A stretch of 37,246 nucleotides of DNA from Pseudomonadota bacterium (lineage in GTDB: Bacteria > UBA10199 > 2-02-FULL-44-16 > JAAZCA01). The notes under the pieces were generated by a model. The model was not told where the DNA came from, ran no database searches, and was given only the letters and a program-made list of their open reading frames with translations. The DNA is taken from NCBI GenBank assembly GCA_043798915.1, contig JAZDOG010000078.1, forward strand, positions 1 through 37,246, read 5' to 3'. Below are positions 16,717 through 27,404 of this stretch, in pieces; the first letter of the stretch is position 1; every line of letters begins with the position of its first letter. The position numbers and the translations under genes are program-made.

Positions 16717-18216
16717 ATGAGGCAAATGAATATACCCCGGTTGCTCAAAATCCTGTCGGCCGTGTTGATCCTTCTGGTGCCGCCGCTTTATGCGGAGGGC
16801 TATGATCTTTCGCGGCATGTGACCGAGTTCAAACTCGCAAACGGCATGAGGTGGCTCATCGTGAAGCGCACCCAGGCGCCGGTCTTCTCCGGGGTCGTCA
16901 TGGTGCGCGTCGGCGGCGCGGATGAGGCGGATGGCAAGACCGGCCTCGCCCACATGTTCGAGCACATGGCTTTCAAGGGCTCGGAGAGGATCGGCACGCG
17001 CGATTGGGCAAAGGAAAAACCGATCCTCGCGGAGATAGAGCGTGTGGGGGCTGAACTCACAGGGCAGCAGCAGAAAGCCAGTCCTGACGCATCGCTTGTC
17101 GCTGACCTCTCCAAACAGCTTGCCGATCTTCAGCGGCAGGCCGACGCCTTCCAGGTGAAGAACGAGATATGGGAGGTGCTGGTGAGAAACGGCGCCAGCG
17201 ATCTCAACGCATACACGACGAAGGATTTGACAGCCTTCCATGCGAGCCTTCCCATCAACTGGCTTGAACTGTGGGCGCGCGTGACAGCCGACATGGTCTT
17301 TGATCCGGCATATCGGGAGTTCTACATCGAGCGCAAGGTCGTCGCTGAAGAGAGGCGTTCCTCGGTCGAGAACAATCCCGACGGTCAGATGGGTGAAAAG
17401 CTGCTCGCGGAGGCGTTTGAGGGCGGCCCATACCACTGGTCGACGATAGGATTCGAGAAGGACATCCTGGGGCTCACTATCGGCGACGCGCGCGCATTTC
17501 ATGACCGCCACTACGTCCCCGGGAACATGGTGGGAGTTCTGGTCGGAGATCTCAATATAGAAGAAGCCAAGAGGATAATCGGGCGCAACTTTGGCGTGCA
17601 TCCGGCGCGGCCGGTGCCGCCGTCGCCTTCAGGGCCCGGAAAGGAGCGGGGCGATGTCTCGGAGGGCTTCTCCTTCGGCGCCGCGCCATCGCTGGTCGTC
17701 GCATACCACAAGCCCACGCTCCCCGACCCGGTCGAGTATTCGTTCGACGTCATCAATGCCCTGCTCTGCGGGGGGAGGTCCAGCCGCCTGCAGAAGCGCC
17801 TCGTCTATGAAAAGAGGATGGCGGGCGAGATATACTGCATGGTGAGCTATCCTGGATCGAGGCTTAAAAACCTCTTCATGATATGGGTCGAGCCGCTCAA
17901 ACCTCACTCGCCAGCGGACCTGATGAAGGAGGTCGAGGCGGAGATCGAGCGTCTGCGGAGCGAGCCCGTGGACGAGGCCGAGCTCTCGCGCGTCAGAAAG
18001 CGCGTAACGGCAGATCTCATCTTCACGCTGGACAAGAACATGGGGCTCGCCGAGGAGCTTGCGCAGTTCGATACGGTCTTCGGCGACTGGCGGCTGCTGG
18101 CCGACTATCCCAAGCGCATAGCTGAGATCGATTCCGCAAACGTGATGGCGGCGGCGCGCAAATATCTGGACGATTCGAACCGCGTTGTGATCAAGAGGCA
18201 CAAGGGAAAGAGATGA
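16717..18216 (+). CDS. M16-family zinc peptidase, catalytic subunit (start may be 16726)
   Basis: Signal peptide; GLAHMFEHMAFKG (HxxEH), NAYT, ERKVVAEERR. Confidence 0.92.
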   Translation: MRQMNIPRLLKILSAVLILLVPPLYAEGYDLSRHVTEFKLANGMRWLIVKRTQAPVFSGVVMVRVGGADEADGKTGLAHMFEHMAFKGSERIGTRDWAKEKPILAEIERVGAELTGQQQKASPDASLVADLSKQLADLQRQADAFQVKNEIWEVLVRNGASDLNAYTTKDLTAFHASLPINWLELWARVTADMVFDPAYREFYIERKVVAEERRSSVENNPDGQMGEKLLAEAFEGGPYHWSTIGFEKDILGLTIGDARAFHDRHYVPGNMVGVLVGDLNIEEAKRIIGRNFGVHPARPVPPSPSGPGKERGDVSEGFSFGAAPSLVVAYHKPTLPDPVEYSFDVINALLCGGRSSRLQKRLVYEKRMAGEIYCMVSYPGSRLKNLFMIWVEPLKPHSPADLMKEVEAEIERLRSEPVDEAELSRVRKRVTADLIFTLDKNMGLAEELAQFDTVFGDWRLLADYPKRIAEIDSANVMAAARKYLDDSNRVVIKRHKGKR

Positions 18217-19595
18217 AATTCTCTGTAAAAAACTTTTGCACCATGCTGCTGGCTGCTGCGGCGCTTTTTGTGGCGCCTCCTGCATCTGCAGCCAATTTCT
18301 TGAACGGCCTCGAGAAGGGAGGCCTTCCGCGCGTCACGCCGCCGCCCGTGCGCGTGATCGCCCTCGACAACGGGATGACCTGCTTTCTGTTGGAGGATCA
18401 CACGCTGCCCATGGTGCAGATGAAGGTCGTCGCGCGCGCGGGCAGCATATATGATCCAGCCGACAAGGTCGGGCTCGCCGAGCTCGCAGGCATGCTCATG
18501 CGCAGCGGCGGCGCAGGCGGGCTTTCGCCGGACGAGTTCGATGCCGCGGTGGATGCGATAGGCGCCAAACTTGCCTCCGGCATCGGCCTGGAGATGGGCG
18601 ATGCCTCGCTCGCGGTCCTCACGGGCGACCTCGAAAAGGGCGCGGAGCTGCTCTTCGACATGATATTCAAGCCGCGCCTCGACGAGGGGCGGCTCAAGGT
18701 CTCCCGCATGAAGATCGAGGAGCGCCTGCGCCGCGAAGAGGACGAGCCGGACGAATTCACGGCAAAAAGCTTCAGGCAGCTCACCTACGGCAAGGAGAAC
18801 CCGTGGGCCAGACGACCGGACAACAAATCGCTGGGGCGCGTCTCGGTGGAGAATATCCGCACCTTGCATGGCAACTTCTTCAAGACTGGAAATCTCATGC
18901 TCTCCGCCGCGGGCGATTTCAAGACAGACGAGCTCGTGGCACTCATCCGCCGTCTGACAAAGGATGCCCCCCGCGGGACAGCTGAGATTCCTGCTGTGCC
19001 GGAGGTGAAGCTGGAATTTGAGCCGCGCGTCGATCAGATCGTCCGTCCTCTCACGCAGTCCTTCATTCGCATGGGTCATCTTGGCGTGCGCCGCCACAAC
19101 CCGGACAGGTTTGCGCTGCTCCTGATGAGCGACATCCTCGGCGCGAACAACTTCAAAAGCAGGCTCATGGAGGACATCCGCACGAAGCGGGGGCTCGCCT
19201 ACAGTATATGGAGCGATGTGTCGCCGGCGACCGACTATGGGCTTTTCACGATCGGCGTCGACACGAAGGCCGGACAGGCATCCGCGGTGATAGACCTCAT
19301 CCGCGGACATCTCAAGCGGCTCTCCGGCGGCAACGACGTGGCGGGCAGCGAACTCTCCTTTGCCAAACAGTCGGTCCTCTCGCGGCTGGTCTTCGAGTTC
19401 GACAGCTCGTTCAAGGTGGTAGACCGCCGGGCCATATTCCGCTTCTACGGATATCCGGACAACTACTGGCAGGTTTTTCACGACCGCATAGCGCGCGTCA
19501 GGGTGGCTGACGTGGAGGATGTCGCTCGCCGATATCTCCACCCCGATGGGCTCAATATCGTGGTTGTGGGGCCTAAGGTCGAGGGGTTAAAGTAG
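18213..19595 (+). CDS. M16-family peptidase, non-catalytic partner subunit
   Basis: Signal peptide; no HxxEH; SRLMEDIRTKRGLAYS R/Y pair; ATGA overlap with the catalytic subunit. Confidence 0.88.
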   Translation: MKFSVKNFCTMLLAAAALFVAPPASAANFLNGLEKGGLPRVTPPPVRVIALDNGMTCFLLEDHTLPMVQMKVVARAGSIYDPADKVGLAELAGMLMRSGGAGGLSPDEFDAAVDAIGAKLASGIGLEMGDASLAVLTGDLEKGAELLFDMIFKPRLDEGRLKVSRMKIEERLRREEDEPDEFTAKSFRQLTYGKENPWARRPDNKSLGRVSVENIRTLHGNFFKTGNLMLSAAGDFKTDELVALIRRLTKDAPRGTAEIPAVPEVKLEFEPRVDQIVRPLTQSFIRMGHLGVRRHNPDRFALLLMSDILGANNFKSRLMEDIRTKRGLAYSIWSDVSPATDYGLFTIGVDTKAGQASAVIDLIRGHLKRLSGGNDVAGSELSFAKQSVLSRLVFEFDSSFKVVDRRAIFRFYGYPDNYWQVFHDRIARVRVADVEDVARRYLHPDGLNIVVVGPKVEGLK

Positions 19596-19617
19596 CCGAC
19601 AGTTTAAGAGACAGATC

Positions 19618-21324
19618 ATGATACAGCAACGGATAGAAAAACTTGTTCGCGATGCGGTCGATTTAAGCCGCGATGACGGCGTGTTTGCCTTCGAGGGAGA
19701 GATAGAGGTTGAGATCAGCGTCCCGCGGGCTGGCGCCCACGGAGATTTCGCGACGAGCGTGGCGCTGGCGCTGGCCGGCAGGGCAGGCAAGAAGCCGCGC
19801 GAGTTGGCGGATGCGATCGTCGCAAGGATTCGGAAGGGCGCGCCTGAGATCGAAAGCGTCGCAATCGCAGGGCCTGGCTTCATCAACTTCGTTGTCCGGC
19901 CCGGCTTCTACCTCGAGGTCCTCCACGAGATCCACGCTGCGGGCGACAAATTCGGCAGGCTCGATATCGGCAAGGGTAAGAAGCTGCAGGTGGAGTTCGT
20001 GAGCGCAAATCCCACGGGCCCCCTGCACATAGGCCATGGCCGGGGCGCGGTCTACGGCGACGTGCTGGGGAACGTGATGGCCGCGGCCGGCTACGAAGTG
20101 ACCAAAGAGTACTACGTCAACGACGCCGGCGGGCAGATCAGGACGCTCGGGCGCTCGGTGTGGCTGCGTATGAAGGAACTCCGCGGTGAGAGGATAGAGT
20201 TTCCGCAGGAGTGCTATCAGGGCCATTACATCGTGGACATCGCCAGGGAGCTGAAGGTCGCCCGTCATTCAAAACTCGAGTCGATGAACGAGGATGAGGC
20301 GATCGAATTCTGCGGCGAGTTGGCCGGCGACAGAATCCTTGCGGAGATCAAGCGAGACCTGGCGGAGACCGGTGTCATCCACGACACCTATTTCTTCGAG
20401 CAGAAGCTCCACACCGGTTCCGACGTCGAGAGCGCGATAAACTACCTCAAGAGCAGGGGGCACATCTACGAGCAGGATGGCGCGCTCTGGTTCCGCTCGA
20501 CCGCCTTCGGCGATGACAAGGACCGCGTTCTCAAAAAGGGGGACGGCCAGCTCACATATTTTGCGGCCGACATCGCCTATCACAAGAACAAGTACGAGCG
20601 CGGCTTCGACCGCGTCATCGACGTCTGGGGGGCCGACCACGGTGGCTATGTGGCCAGGATGAAGGCAGCGGTCGAGGCCCTCGGGTACGACGCCGCTTCC
20701 TTCGACGCGGTCCTCATCCAGCTCGTCAACCTCGTGCGCGGCGGCGAGGCCGTTTCCATGTCGACCCGCTCGGCGACCTACGAGACGCTGGAGGATGTGC
20801 GCAGGGACGTCGGCCGCGATGCCTGCCGCTATTTCTTCCTGATGCGCTCGCACAATGCGCAGCTCGATTTCGATCTCGAACTGGCCAGAAAGACCACGCC
20901 GGACAACCCTGTTTTTTATATTCAGTACGCGCACGCGCGGATCTGCAGCATCTTCAGGAAGGCGGCCGAGCAGGAGCTCTACCCGCCCGAATCGTCGGAT
21001 GTCGACGTGTCGCTCCTGAATCTTCCGGAGGAACCGAAGCTTGCGCGCATGCTCTGCGATTATCCCGGGATCATCGGCGAGTGCGCCCTTGAGCTCGAGC
21101 CGCACAAACTCGCGTTCTATCTCCTTGAACTGGCGAGGATGTTTCAGTCATATTATAGCAAGGGGAGGGCCGACAGCCGTTACATGGTTGTCTCCGACGA
21201 TGGCCCCAGGGCGAGGGCAAAGCTCTATCTCTTGAAAAATCTGCAGATTGTGTTACAGAATGGCCTGAAGATACTTGGGGTTTCCGCACCGCCCGAGATG
21301 TCTCGAGAGGAAGAGGATGTCTGA
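19618..21324 (+). CDS. argS: Arginine--tRNA ligase
   Basis: EFVSANPTGPLHIGHGRG, WGADHGGY, YIQYAHARI, GVSAPPEM. Confidence 0.97.
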   Translation: MIQQRIEKLVRDAVDLSRDDGVFAFEGEIEVEISVPRAGAHGDFATSVALALAGRAGKKPRELADAIVARIRKGAPEIESVAIAGPGFINFVVRPGFYLEVLHEIHAAGDKFGRLDIGKGKKLQVEFVSANPTGPLHIGHGRGAVYGDVLGNVMAAAGYEVTKEYYVNDAGGQIRTLGRSVWLRMKELRGERIEFPQECYQGHYIVDIARELKVARHSKLESMNEDEAIEFCGELAGDRILAEIKRDLAETGVIHDTYFFEQKLHTGSDVESAINYLKSRGHIYEQDGALWFRSTAFGDDKDRVLKKGDGQLTYFAADIAYHKNKYERGFDRVIDVWGADHGGYVARMKAAVEALGYDAASFDAVLIQLVNLVRGGEAVSMSTRSATYETLEDVRRDVGRDACRYFFLMRSHNAQLDFDLELARKTTPDNPVFYIQYAHARICSIFRKAAEQELYPPESSDVDVSLLNLPEEPKLARMLCDYPGIIGECALELEPHKLAFYLLELARMFQSYYSKGRADSRYMVVSDDGPRARAKLYLLKNLQIVLQNGLKILGVSAPPEMSREEEDV

Positions 21325-22150
21325 TTATATGCGCAACCGGCGGGGCGAGGAGGGGGACAGCTTCTTCTGCCGTTTCACCTTCGGGCAGTTCTTCGCCCTC
21401 CTTGTGCTCGAGGTCTTCACTCTCTTCTTCGTCTTCTATCTGGGCGCGAGATACGGCCGTGAGTTTCTGGGGTTGGGAAAGAGCGGGCTGGCGGTTGCGA
21501 GCGAATCGAAGGGCGAGACAGCGGAGGCCGATGCCCCGAAGGTGGCGACGACCGACGACCCCGAGGCTGCACAGATGGCCAAGGACCTCATTGCAAAGGC
21601 CCAGACCCCTGAGCTCAAGGATCGGATCAGCAGGATGTTCGAGGGTGCAAAGCGCCAGCCGGAGGCGAAGGCGCCGCCTGTGGTGGGTATGAACCGCGAA
21701 GACGAGGTTAAAACGGGCGAGGTCCTGGATGCGAGGCCCTCCGAGCAGGGCCGTGCGGAACGCCCTGAAGCCGTCCCCCGCGAGGCGCCGGTTGATAAGG
21801 CAGAGGCTCAGACAGCCGAGCATGCGTCGGCCGAGAGGCAGTCCCGGAACGAGGGAGAGGGCAAGGCCTCCTCTGACACGAGCGTCGTCCGCGTCAAGTC
21901 CGTCGAGAACGCGAGGTACTCGGTGCAGATCGGCTCCTATCCGCAGATGGGCGAGGCGACGCGCATCGTCGATAAATGGAAGGGCAAGGGCTATCCGGCT
22001 TATGTCATGATCGCCGACATCCCCGACCGCGGCCGCTGGTACCGCGTCAGGATCGGCGGCTTCGGCACGCGCGAGGATGCCACCCGTTACCTCAAGGAAT
22101 TTCAGTCGCGCGAGAGCGTCGAGGCGCTGATCGTGATGAATGAACAGTAG
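21317..22150 (+). CDS. Membrane-anchored SPOR-domain protein (FtsN-like)
   Basis: N-terminal TM helix, low-complexity linker, YSVQIGS...[13 protein letters not shown] domain; follows argS. Confidence 0.85.
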   Translation: MSDYMRNRRGEEGDSFFCRFTFGQFFALLVLEVFTLFFVFYLGARYGREFLGLGKSGLAVASESKGETAEADAPKVATTDDPEAAQMAKDLIAKAQTPELKDRISRMFEGAKRQPEAKAPPVVGMNREDEVKTGEVLDARPSEQGRAERPEAVPREAPVDKAEAQTAEHASAERQSRNEGEGKASSDTSVVRVKSVENARYSVQIGSYPQMGEATRIVDKWKGKGYPAYVMIADIPDRGRWYRVRIGGFGTREDATRYLKEFQSRESVEALIVMNEQ

Positions 22151-22155
22151 ACCTC

Positions 22156-23952
22156 ATGCCCCAATCCCACATCCGAAATTTCTGCATAATAGCCCACATC
22201 GATCACGGCAAGTCCACGCTCGCTGACCGGCTTTTGGAGCTCACGGGCGCCCTCTCCCAGCGCGAGCACCGCGAGCAGTTCCTGGACAAGATGGACCTCG
22301 AGCGCGAACGCGGCATCACCATCAAGGCGCAGAGCGTGAGGCTCTCATACACTGCGAAGGACGGCATAATATATCAGCTGAACCTCATCGATACGCCGGG
22401 ACATGTCGATTTTCATTACGAAGTCGACCGTTCGCTCGCCGCATGCGAGGGGGCGCTGCTGGTCATAGACGCCACTCAAGGAGTGCAGGCGCAGACGCTT
22501 GCCAATGCGCTGGTCGCGATGCGCGGCAAGCTCACGCTGGTCCCGGTCATCAACAAGATCGATCTGCCGAGTTCGGACGTCAAGGCGGCGAAGGAACAGT
22601 GCGAGGAGGTTCTGGCCCTCCCGGCCGACAATGCGGTGGCCATCTCCGCAAAGACGGGCGAAGGTGTGCCGGATGTCCTTGAGGCGATAGTCAAACACCT
22701 TCCACCGCCTCGGGGGAATCCTGCGAGCCCCTTGCGCGCGCTCATATTCGACAGCTGGTTCGACAGCTACCAGGGTGCTGTCGCACTGATACGGGTGGTG
22801 GACGGGAGCCTCAAGGTCGGTCAGCACATAAGGCTCATGAACGTCGACAAGGAGTTCGAGGTCCTGAAAATAGGGGTAACCGATCCACACCCGAGCGATG
22901 TGTCTACACTCGCGACGGGAGAGGTGGGCTTCGTCATAGCGGGCATCAAAGAGGTGAAGGACACGCGCGTAGGCGACACGATAACCGATGCGGCAAACCC
23001 TGCGCCGGAGCCCTTGCCGGGATTCCAGGAAGTGAAGCCGATGGTCTTCGCCGGCCTCTACCCCACGGACCCCGGACAGTATGACGACCTCCGCGAAGCG
23101 ATGGAGAAGCTGCGTTTGAACGACGCGTCTTTCTCCTATGAGCCGGAGACGTCGACCGCGCTTGGGTTTGGATTCCGCGCCGGATTTCTCGGTTCGCTTC
23201 ACATCGAGATCATCCAGGAGAGGCTGGAGCGCGAATACAACCTCACACTTGTTTCAACTGCGCCGACCGTCGTCTATGAGGTCATAACGACCAAAGGGGA
23301 CATGGTCCGCGTCGACAACCCGGCGAAACTTCCGGAACCACAGAACATCGCAGAGATAAGGGAGCCGTATGCGCTCGCGTCGATACTTCTGCCTTCAGAT
23401 TGCCTCGGCGGCATAATGAAGCTGGGGCAGGAGAGGCGCGGCGAGCAGGTGCATCTTGAATATTTCGGCTGCGACAGGGTGATGATAAAGTATGAACTTC
23501 CGTTCTCGGAGATGATGTTTGACTTTTTCGACCAGCTCAAATCCATTTCGCGCGGATACGCGTCGCTGGACTACGAGATAGTCGGCTATCGTCCGGCTAA
23601 ACTTGTGAAGTTGAACGTCCTCATCAACGGCGATCCGGTGGATGCGCTCTCGGCGATCGTCCATCGCGGGGACGCGCAGGTAAAGGGCAGGGAGCTCGTG
23701 CACAAGCTCCGGGCCCTCATTCCGCGCCAGCAGTACGACGTGGCGATACAGGCGGCGATAGGCGGCAAGGTGATCGCCAGGGAGACGGTGAAGGCCCTGA
23801 GGAAGGACGTGACGGCCAAGTGCTACGGCGGCGATGTCACGCGCAAACGCAAACTCCTCGAGAAACAGAAAGAGGGGAAGAAGCGGATGAAGAGGGTGGG
23901 ACACGTCGATATTCCGCAGGAAGCGTTTTTGAGCGTGCTGAAGGTGAAATGA
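22156..23952 (+). CDS. lepA: Elongation factor 4 (LepA)
   Basis: [49 protein letters not shown]. Confidence 0.98.
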   Translation: MPQSHIRNFCIIAHIDHGKSTLADRLLELTGALSQREHREQFLDKMDLERERGITIKAQSVRLSYTAKDGIIYQLNLIDTPGHVDFHYEVDRSLAACEGALLVIDATQGVQAQTLANALVAMRGKLTLVPVINKIDLPSSDVKAAKEQCEEVLALPADNAVAISAKTGEGVPDVLEAIVKHLPPPRGNPASPLRALIFDSWFDSYQGAVALIRVVDGSLKVGQHIRLMNVDKEFEVLKIGVTDPHPSDVSTLATGEVGFVIAGIKEVKDTRVGDTITDAANPAPEPLPGFQEVKPMVFAGLYPTDPGQYDDLREAMEKLRLNDASFSYEPETSTALGFGFRAGFLGSLHIEIIQERLEREYNLTLVSTAPTVVYEVITTKGDMVRVDNPAKLPEPQNIAEIREPYALASILLPSDCLGGIMKLGQERRGEQVHLEYFGCDRVMIKYELPFSEMMFDFFDQLKSISRGYASLDYEIVGYRPAKLVKLNVLINGDPVDALSAIVHRGDAQVKGRELVHKLRALIPRQQYDVAIQAAIGGKVIARETVKALRKDVTAKCYGGDVTRKRKLLEKQKEGKKRMKRVGHVDIPQEAFLSVLKVK

Positions 23953-23965
23953 TGGAGGGGGATAA

Positions 23966-24712
23966 ATGAGCGACGGATCTCAGGTTAAGCTGAAGAAAAA
24001 GAAAAGCACGTTCAGGGAATATGTCGAGGCGCTGCTGACGGCGGTCCTCATTGCGCTCGTCATCCGAGCCTTCGTCCTCGAGGCCTTCAAGATACCCTCC
24101 GGGTCGATGATACCGACGCTCTCGGTGGGCGACCACATCTTCGTCAACAAGTTTATCTACGGCCTGCGCATCCCATTCACGAAGCATCACTACTTCCAGA
24201 TGAGGGAACCCAAGCGCGGCGAGGTGATCGTCTTCATTTTCCCGGTCGATGAGAGCAAGGACTTCATCAAGCGCGTGATCGGCCTTCCAGGCGACAAGAT
24301 ACACGTCGAGGGGGATGGCGTCTGGGTGAACGGAGTGGAGCTTCCGAGGCTCCCGCTCGAAGTCTCCCAGCTGTCGGGCGACAAACAGAGGCTCCTCGTG
24401 CGAAACGGCAAACAGCGCACTATCCCCTATGCAGTCGGCTGGCGCGATTTCGATTTTTTTGAGGAGCAGACGGGGGAGGTCAATCACGTCGCCCAATATG
24501 AGCACATGATGGAACGCGCACCCTTAGACGCGGTCGTTCCGCCCGGTCACTATTTCGTGATGGGCGACAACCGCGACAACTCCGCCGACAGCCGCGAGTG
24601 GGGTTTCGTGCCGGCCGGAAACGTCAAGGGCAAGGCGATGTTCGTCTGGCTCTCGCTCGACCGCGATCATGGCGGGATCAGGTGGCATGAGTTTGGCAGG
24701 TGGATTGAGTAG
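23966..24712 (+). CDS. lepB: Signal peptidase I
   Basis: IPSGSMIPTL, FIKRVIGLPGD, MGDNRDNSADSR; follows lepA. Confidence 0.96.
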   Translation: MSDGSQVKLKKKKSTFREYVEALLTAVLIALVIRAFVLEAFKIPSGSMIPTLSVGDHIFVNKFIYGLRIPFTKHHYFQMREPKRGEVIVFIFPVDESKDFIKRVIGLPGDKIHVEGDGVWVNGVELPRLPLEVSQLSGDKQRLLVRNGKQRTIPYAVGWRDFDFFEEQTGEVNHVAQYEHMMERAPLDAVVPPGHYFVMGDNRDNSADSREWGFVPAGNVKGKAMFVWLSLDRDHGGIRWHEFGRWIE

Positions 24713-24714
24713 TC

Positions 24715-26454
24715 TCAAAACGTCCGGTAGACGATGATCCTCTTATTCTCAAGCGAAAGAAGCGTCTTTCCTATTTCTTCTTCCTTCTTGCCCAGGATAA
24801 CCGCGATCTCTGAGCTGCTCAACTTGCCGCTGCAGTAGTGGAAGAGGTCGCTCTCATCCTCGGAGAGGAAAATCTCCAGTGCGGGGATGCAGTATCGTCC
24901 GCCCTCATCAACATTGAACATGCCCACCCTGGCAGGGATCAAATCCCTGAAATTCTTCCCCGCTCTGGGGGTGAACTGGGAAAAGCGCTCTGCCTTGAGG
25001 TGTATCGCTTCCAACCAGTTCTTGAAATACGACTTCCAGTCCTTCACGTCGAGAAAGAGGAGGGAGGGATGGATGTTTCCCAGCGTGTCATGGAGGTGCC
25101 TGAGCCGCTTCATCGATTGTCCGTCGGTTGAGAGCACCCGTTTGCTGGTGGCGGCCAGCGCTTCATTCGTCATCTCTGACTTGCGGCGGATGATATCGTT
25201 GCGGGAGAGAGACTCCGTCTCCGTGACGCAGTTGTCGAAGCCCACCGACGTGTAAAGACGCGGATCGAGGAGGGTGAGGCCGTAGCGCTCCGGGCGCATG
25301 AATATGTCAGTGGCCGGCATCGGATTCAGATATTCGAACCTTGTGCTCAGAAAGCCCCTGCTCACCTCGAGGAGTTTTGCGGCTAGCTTGTGCGTGTTGG
25401 AGAGCGTTTGGTCCGATTCGAACGGCCCGCCGACGATGAAGCCTGCGTGCGTGAGGATTCCCTCGCCCGCGCATGCCGCGACGAGCCCGACCGAATCTTC
25501 AGTGACGATGTTTTTCCTGTAGGCCTTGATGACCTTCTGGTCGCCCGATTCGACGCCGAACTGCAGGAAGGCGCAGCCGGCCTCCCTCATCGTCTTGAGT
25601 ATCGATGGCCTCCGGGCGAGCCGGTCGACGCGCCCTTCGGCGTACCAAAAGAGATCGCTGCCGCCGCCGATCTTCTTTATCTCCCGGCAGAACGCCTCGG
25701 TCCGCCGGATATTCGCTGTGAAGGTGTCGTCCACGATGACGAAATAATTGCCTCCGTGCTGCTTTCTTATGGCTCTGATGTCCTCGATCACGCGCGCCAC
25801 GCTTCGCGATCGCACGGAAAAACCCAGCGTGCCGGCTGCGCAGAAGGCGCACCGGTATGGGCATCCTCGGCCGGTGCTGACGGCAAAACCGTAGGGGATC
25901 TCTTTGTGTCCCTCCACCACGCTGTAGTCCGGCGATGGGAGCGAATCCAGGTCGAGTAGCGGAGGGGGCGGGGTGCGGACGATCTTCTTGCGGCGAAGAA
26001 ATGAAATCCCCTTCACGCCGGAGAGTTTCGATTTATGCAGAAGCTCCGCGCAAGGGGTCTCCCCCTCTCCCCTGACGACCACATCGGGGGCAGTCTCCTT
26101 TAGGGATTCTTCGTCGCACACTGTCGCGTGGGCTCCCCCGATGGCGATCCTCGACGATGGCGAAACCGTGCGCACGACCTCGATCAGATGGCCGACTGCA
26201 AAGATCGTGTCGGTGTATGCGCTGAAACCGATCCAGGCCGGGCGCGCCTCGCTCAAATAGTCTGCGAACCAGCCGAGCGAAAACTTCACATCTCTGGTGT
26301 CCACGACGCGCGAGCGAAAACCCTGCGCGTTCAGATACGTCGCAATCTGGATGAGCCCCAATGGAGGGAGGAACACTTCGAAAGGGAGGGGAGAGGTGCC
26401 CGCATCGGTATGCACAAACAGAAAATCCAGCCCTTTGCGGCTAGATTCTATCAT
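24715..26454 (-). CDS. B12-binding radical SAM protein with C-terminal winged-helix (PqqD/RRE-like) extension
   Basis: PPLGL, GGAHAT, GEGE cobalamin-binding region; RGCPYRCAFC CxxxCxxC; DDTF, GVESG; C-terminal CSGKLSSSEIA...LLSLENKRII. Confidence 0.88.
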   Translation of the reverse strand: MIESSRKGLDFLFVHTDAGTSPLPFEVFLPPLGLIQIATYLNAQGFRSRVVDTRDVKFSLGWFADYLSEARPAWIGFSAYTDTIFAVGHLIEVVRTVSPSSRIAIGGAHATVCDEESLKETAPDVVVRGEGETPCAELLHKSKLSGVKGISFLRRKKIVRTPPPPLLDLDSLPSPDYSVVEGHKEIPYGFAVSTGRGCPYRCAFCAAGTLGFSVRSRSVARVIEDIRAIRKQHGGNYFVIVDDTFTANIRRTEAFCREIKKIGGGSDLFWYAEGRVDRLARRPSILKTMREAGCAFLQFGVESGDQKVIKAYRKNIVTEDSVGLVAACAGEGILTHAGFIVGGPFESDQTLSNTHKLAAKLLEVSRGFLSTRFEYLNPMPATDIFMRPERYGLTLLDPRLYTSVGFDNCVTETESLSRNDIIRRKSEMTNEALAATSKRVLSTDGQSMKRLRHLHDTLGNIHPSLLFLDVKDWKSYFKNWLEAIHLKAERFSQFTPRAGKNFRDLIPARVGMFNVDEGGRYCIPALEIFLSEDESDLFHYCSGKLSSSEIAVILGKKEEEIGKTLLSLENKRIIVYRTF

Positions 26455-27215
26455 CCTCGCATGCCCTTGCGCGATCTCCGGATATTCTTGAGTTCCACCT
26501 TGGCGACGCCCTTCAGCTCGGCCGGAGCCGTCGATCCGCCGCGCGCCTTTTCGATCTGCTTCAAACCCCTGGCCTTCGCTTCCACGCGGCTGGTTGGCTC
26601 CGACGAGAAATGTGAGGCTTGGAGCGCCGCCTTGGCTGTGGCGGCGTCAACCTGCGCCTCGCTGATCCCCTTCTCCATATCGGCGCCTTTTTCGCGGAGC
26701 ATGTGATCGAGCATGATCTCGAGGTTGCGCAGGGGGGAGGGATTTTTTTCGAGGAGCGTCTTGATGCGCTCTTTCGCCGGCCTTCTCACCAGGATGAGGC
26801 CGTCATCCTGGCGGAAGTCCTTTTTGAGCGTGTCGAAGAATTCCTTGAGCTTGTCGGGGGCAATCGAGCATGACGGGGCGATCGAGGCAAAGATCAGATC
26901 GTCCAGCCCCTCGTCGGTGTATCTTCCCTCGTTGATCTCCATAGCTTCGAAGGGGATTCGCACCTCGCCCTTGTAGCGGTATTCGTCCAGTGCAATGAAG
27001 TCGTCGTGACCCAGGAGATAGAATCCGTCTCCCTGCCTGTAGGGCTCGAAGACGGCCACCCAAGCTTCGCGGTTGTAGCGTTCGGTGTCGACGAAGCCCA
27101 ACTCCCAGAGCTGCTCGACGTCGGCCCAATGATAGCGGATCCGGCCGTCGACGGTCTTCTCCAGCGTCTCCCAGAGGTGCTCCATCACGTTGAAATGTGA
27201 AAGCTCAAACGGCAT
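26451..27215 (-). CDS. Hypothetical protein (254 aa), translationally coupled to the radical SAM gene
   Basis: GGAGG SD, ATGA overlap with downstream gene, protein-like composition; no family recognised. Confidence 0.8.
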   Translation of the reverse strand: MPFELSHFNVMEHLWETLEKTVDGRIRYHWADVEQLWELGFVDTERYNREAWVAVFEPYRQGDGFYLLGHDDFIALDEYRYKGEVRIPFEAMEINEGRYTDEGLDDLIFASIAPSCSIAPDKLKEFFDTLKKDFRQDDGLILVRRPAKERIKTLLEKNPSPLRNLEIMLDHMLREKGADMEKGISEAQVDAATAKAALQASHFSSEPTSRVEAKARGLKQIEKARGGSTAPAELKGVAKVELKNIRRSRKGMRG

Positions 27216-27237
27216 ACCCGAACCTCCGATCTTCCCG

Positions 27238-27266
27238 ATTTTACGGGTGTATCAGGGCCCTGTCAA
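27238..27266 (-). promoter_or_regulatory. sigma70 promoter for the hypothetical/radical SAM pair
   Basis: Minus strand TTGACA-17 nt-TAAAAT. Confidence 0.75.
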
Positions 27267-27280
27267 AAGAAAATCAGCGA

Positions 27281-27403
27281 CTCTTTTCCCTCTCCCCTAG
27301 TGGGTCGGCTCGCGCACACACTCGCCGACACTTCAATTTTGCGGGGCCCTCCGTTCGGAGGGCCCGAGACCGCCGAAGGTCGAAGAGGGTCAGGGTGAGG
27401 GGG
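27281..27403. repeat. Second copy of the REP-like unit, interrupted by a 79-nt hairpin-rich insert
   Basis: 27281-27304 and 27384-27402 together match the reverse complement of 7547-7589 with one mismatch. Confidence 0.8.
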
Positions 27404-27404
27404 A

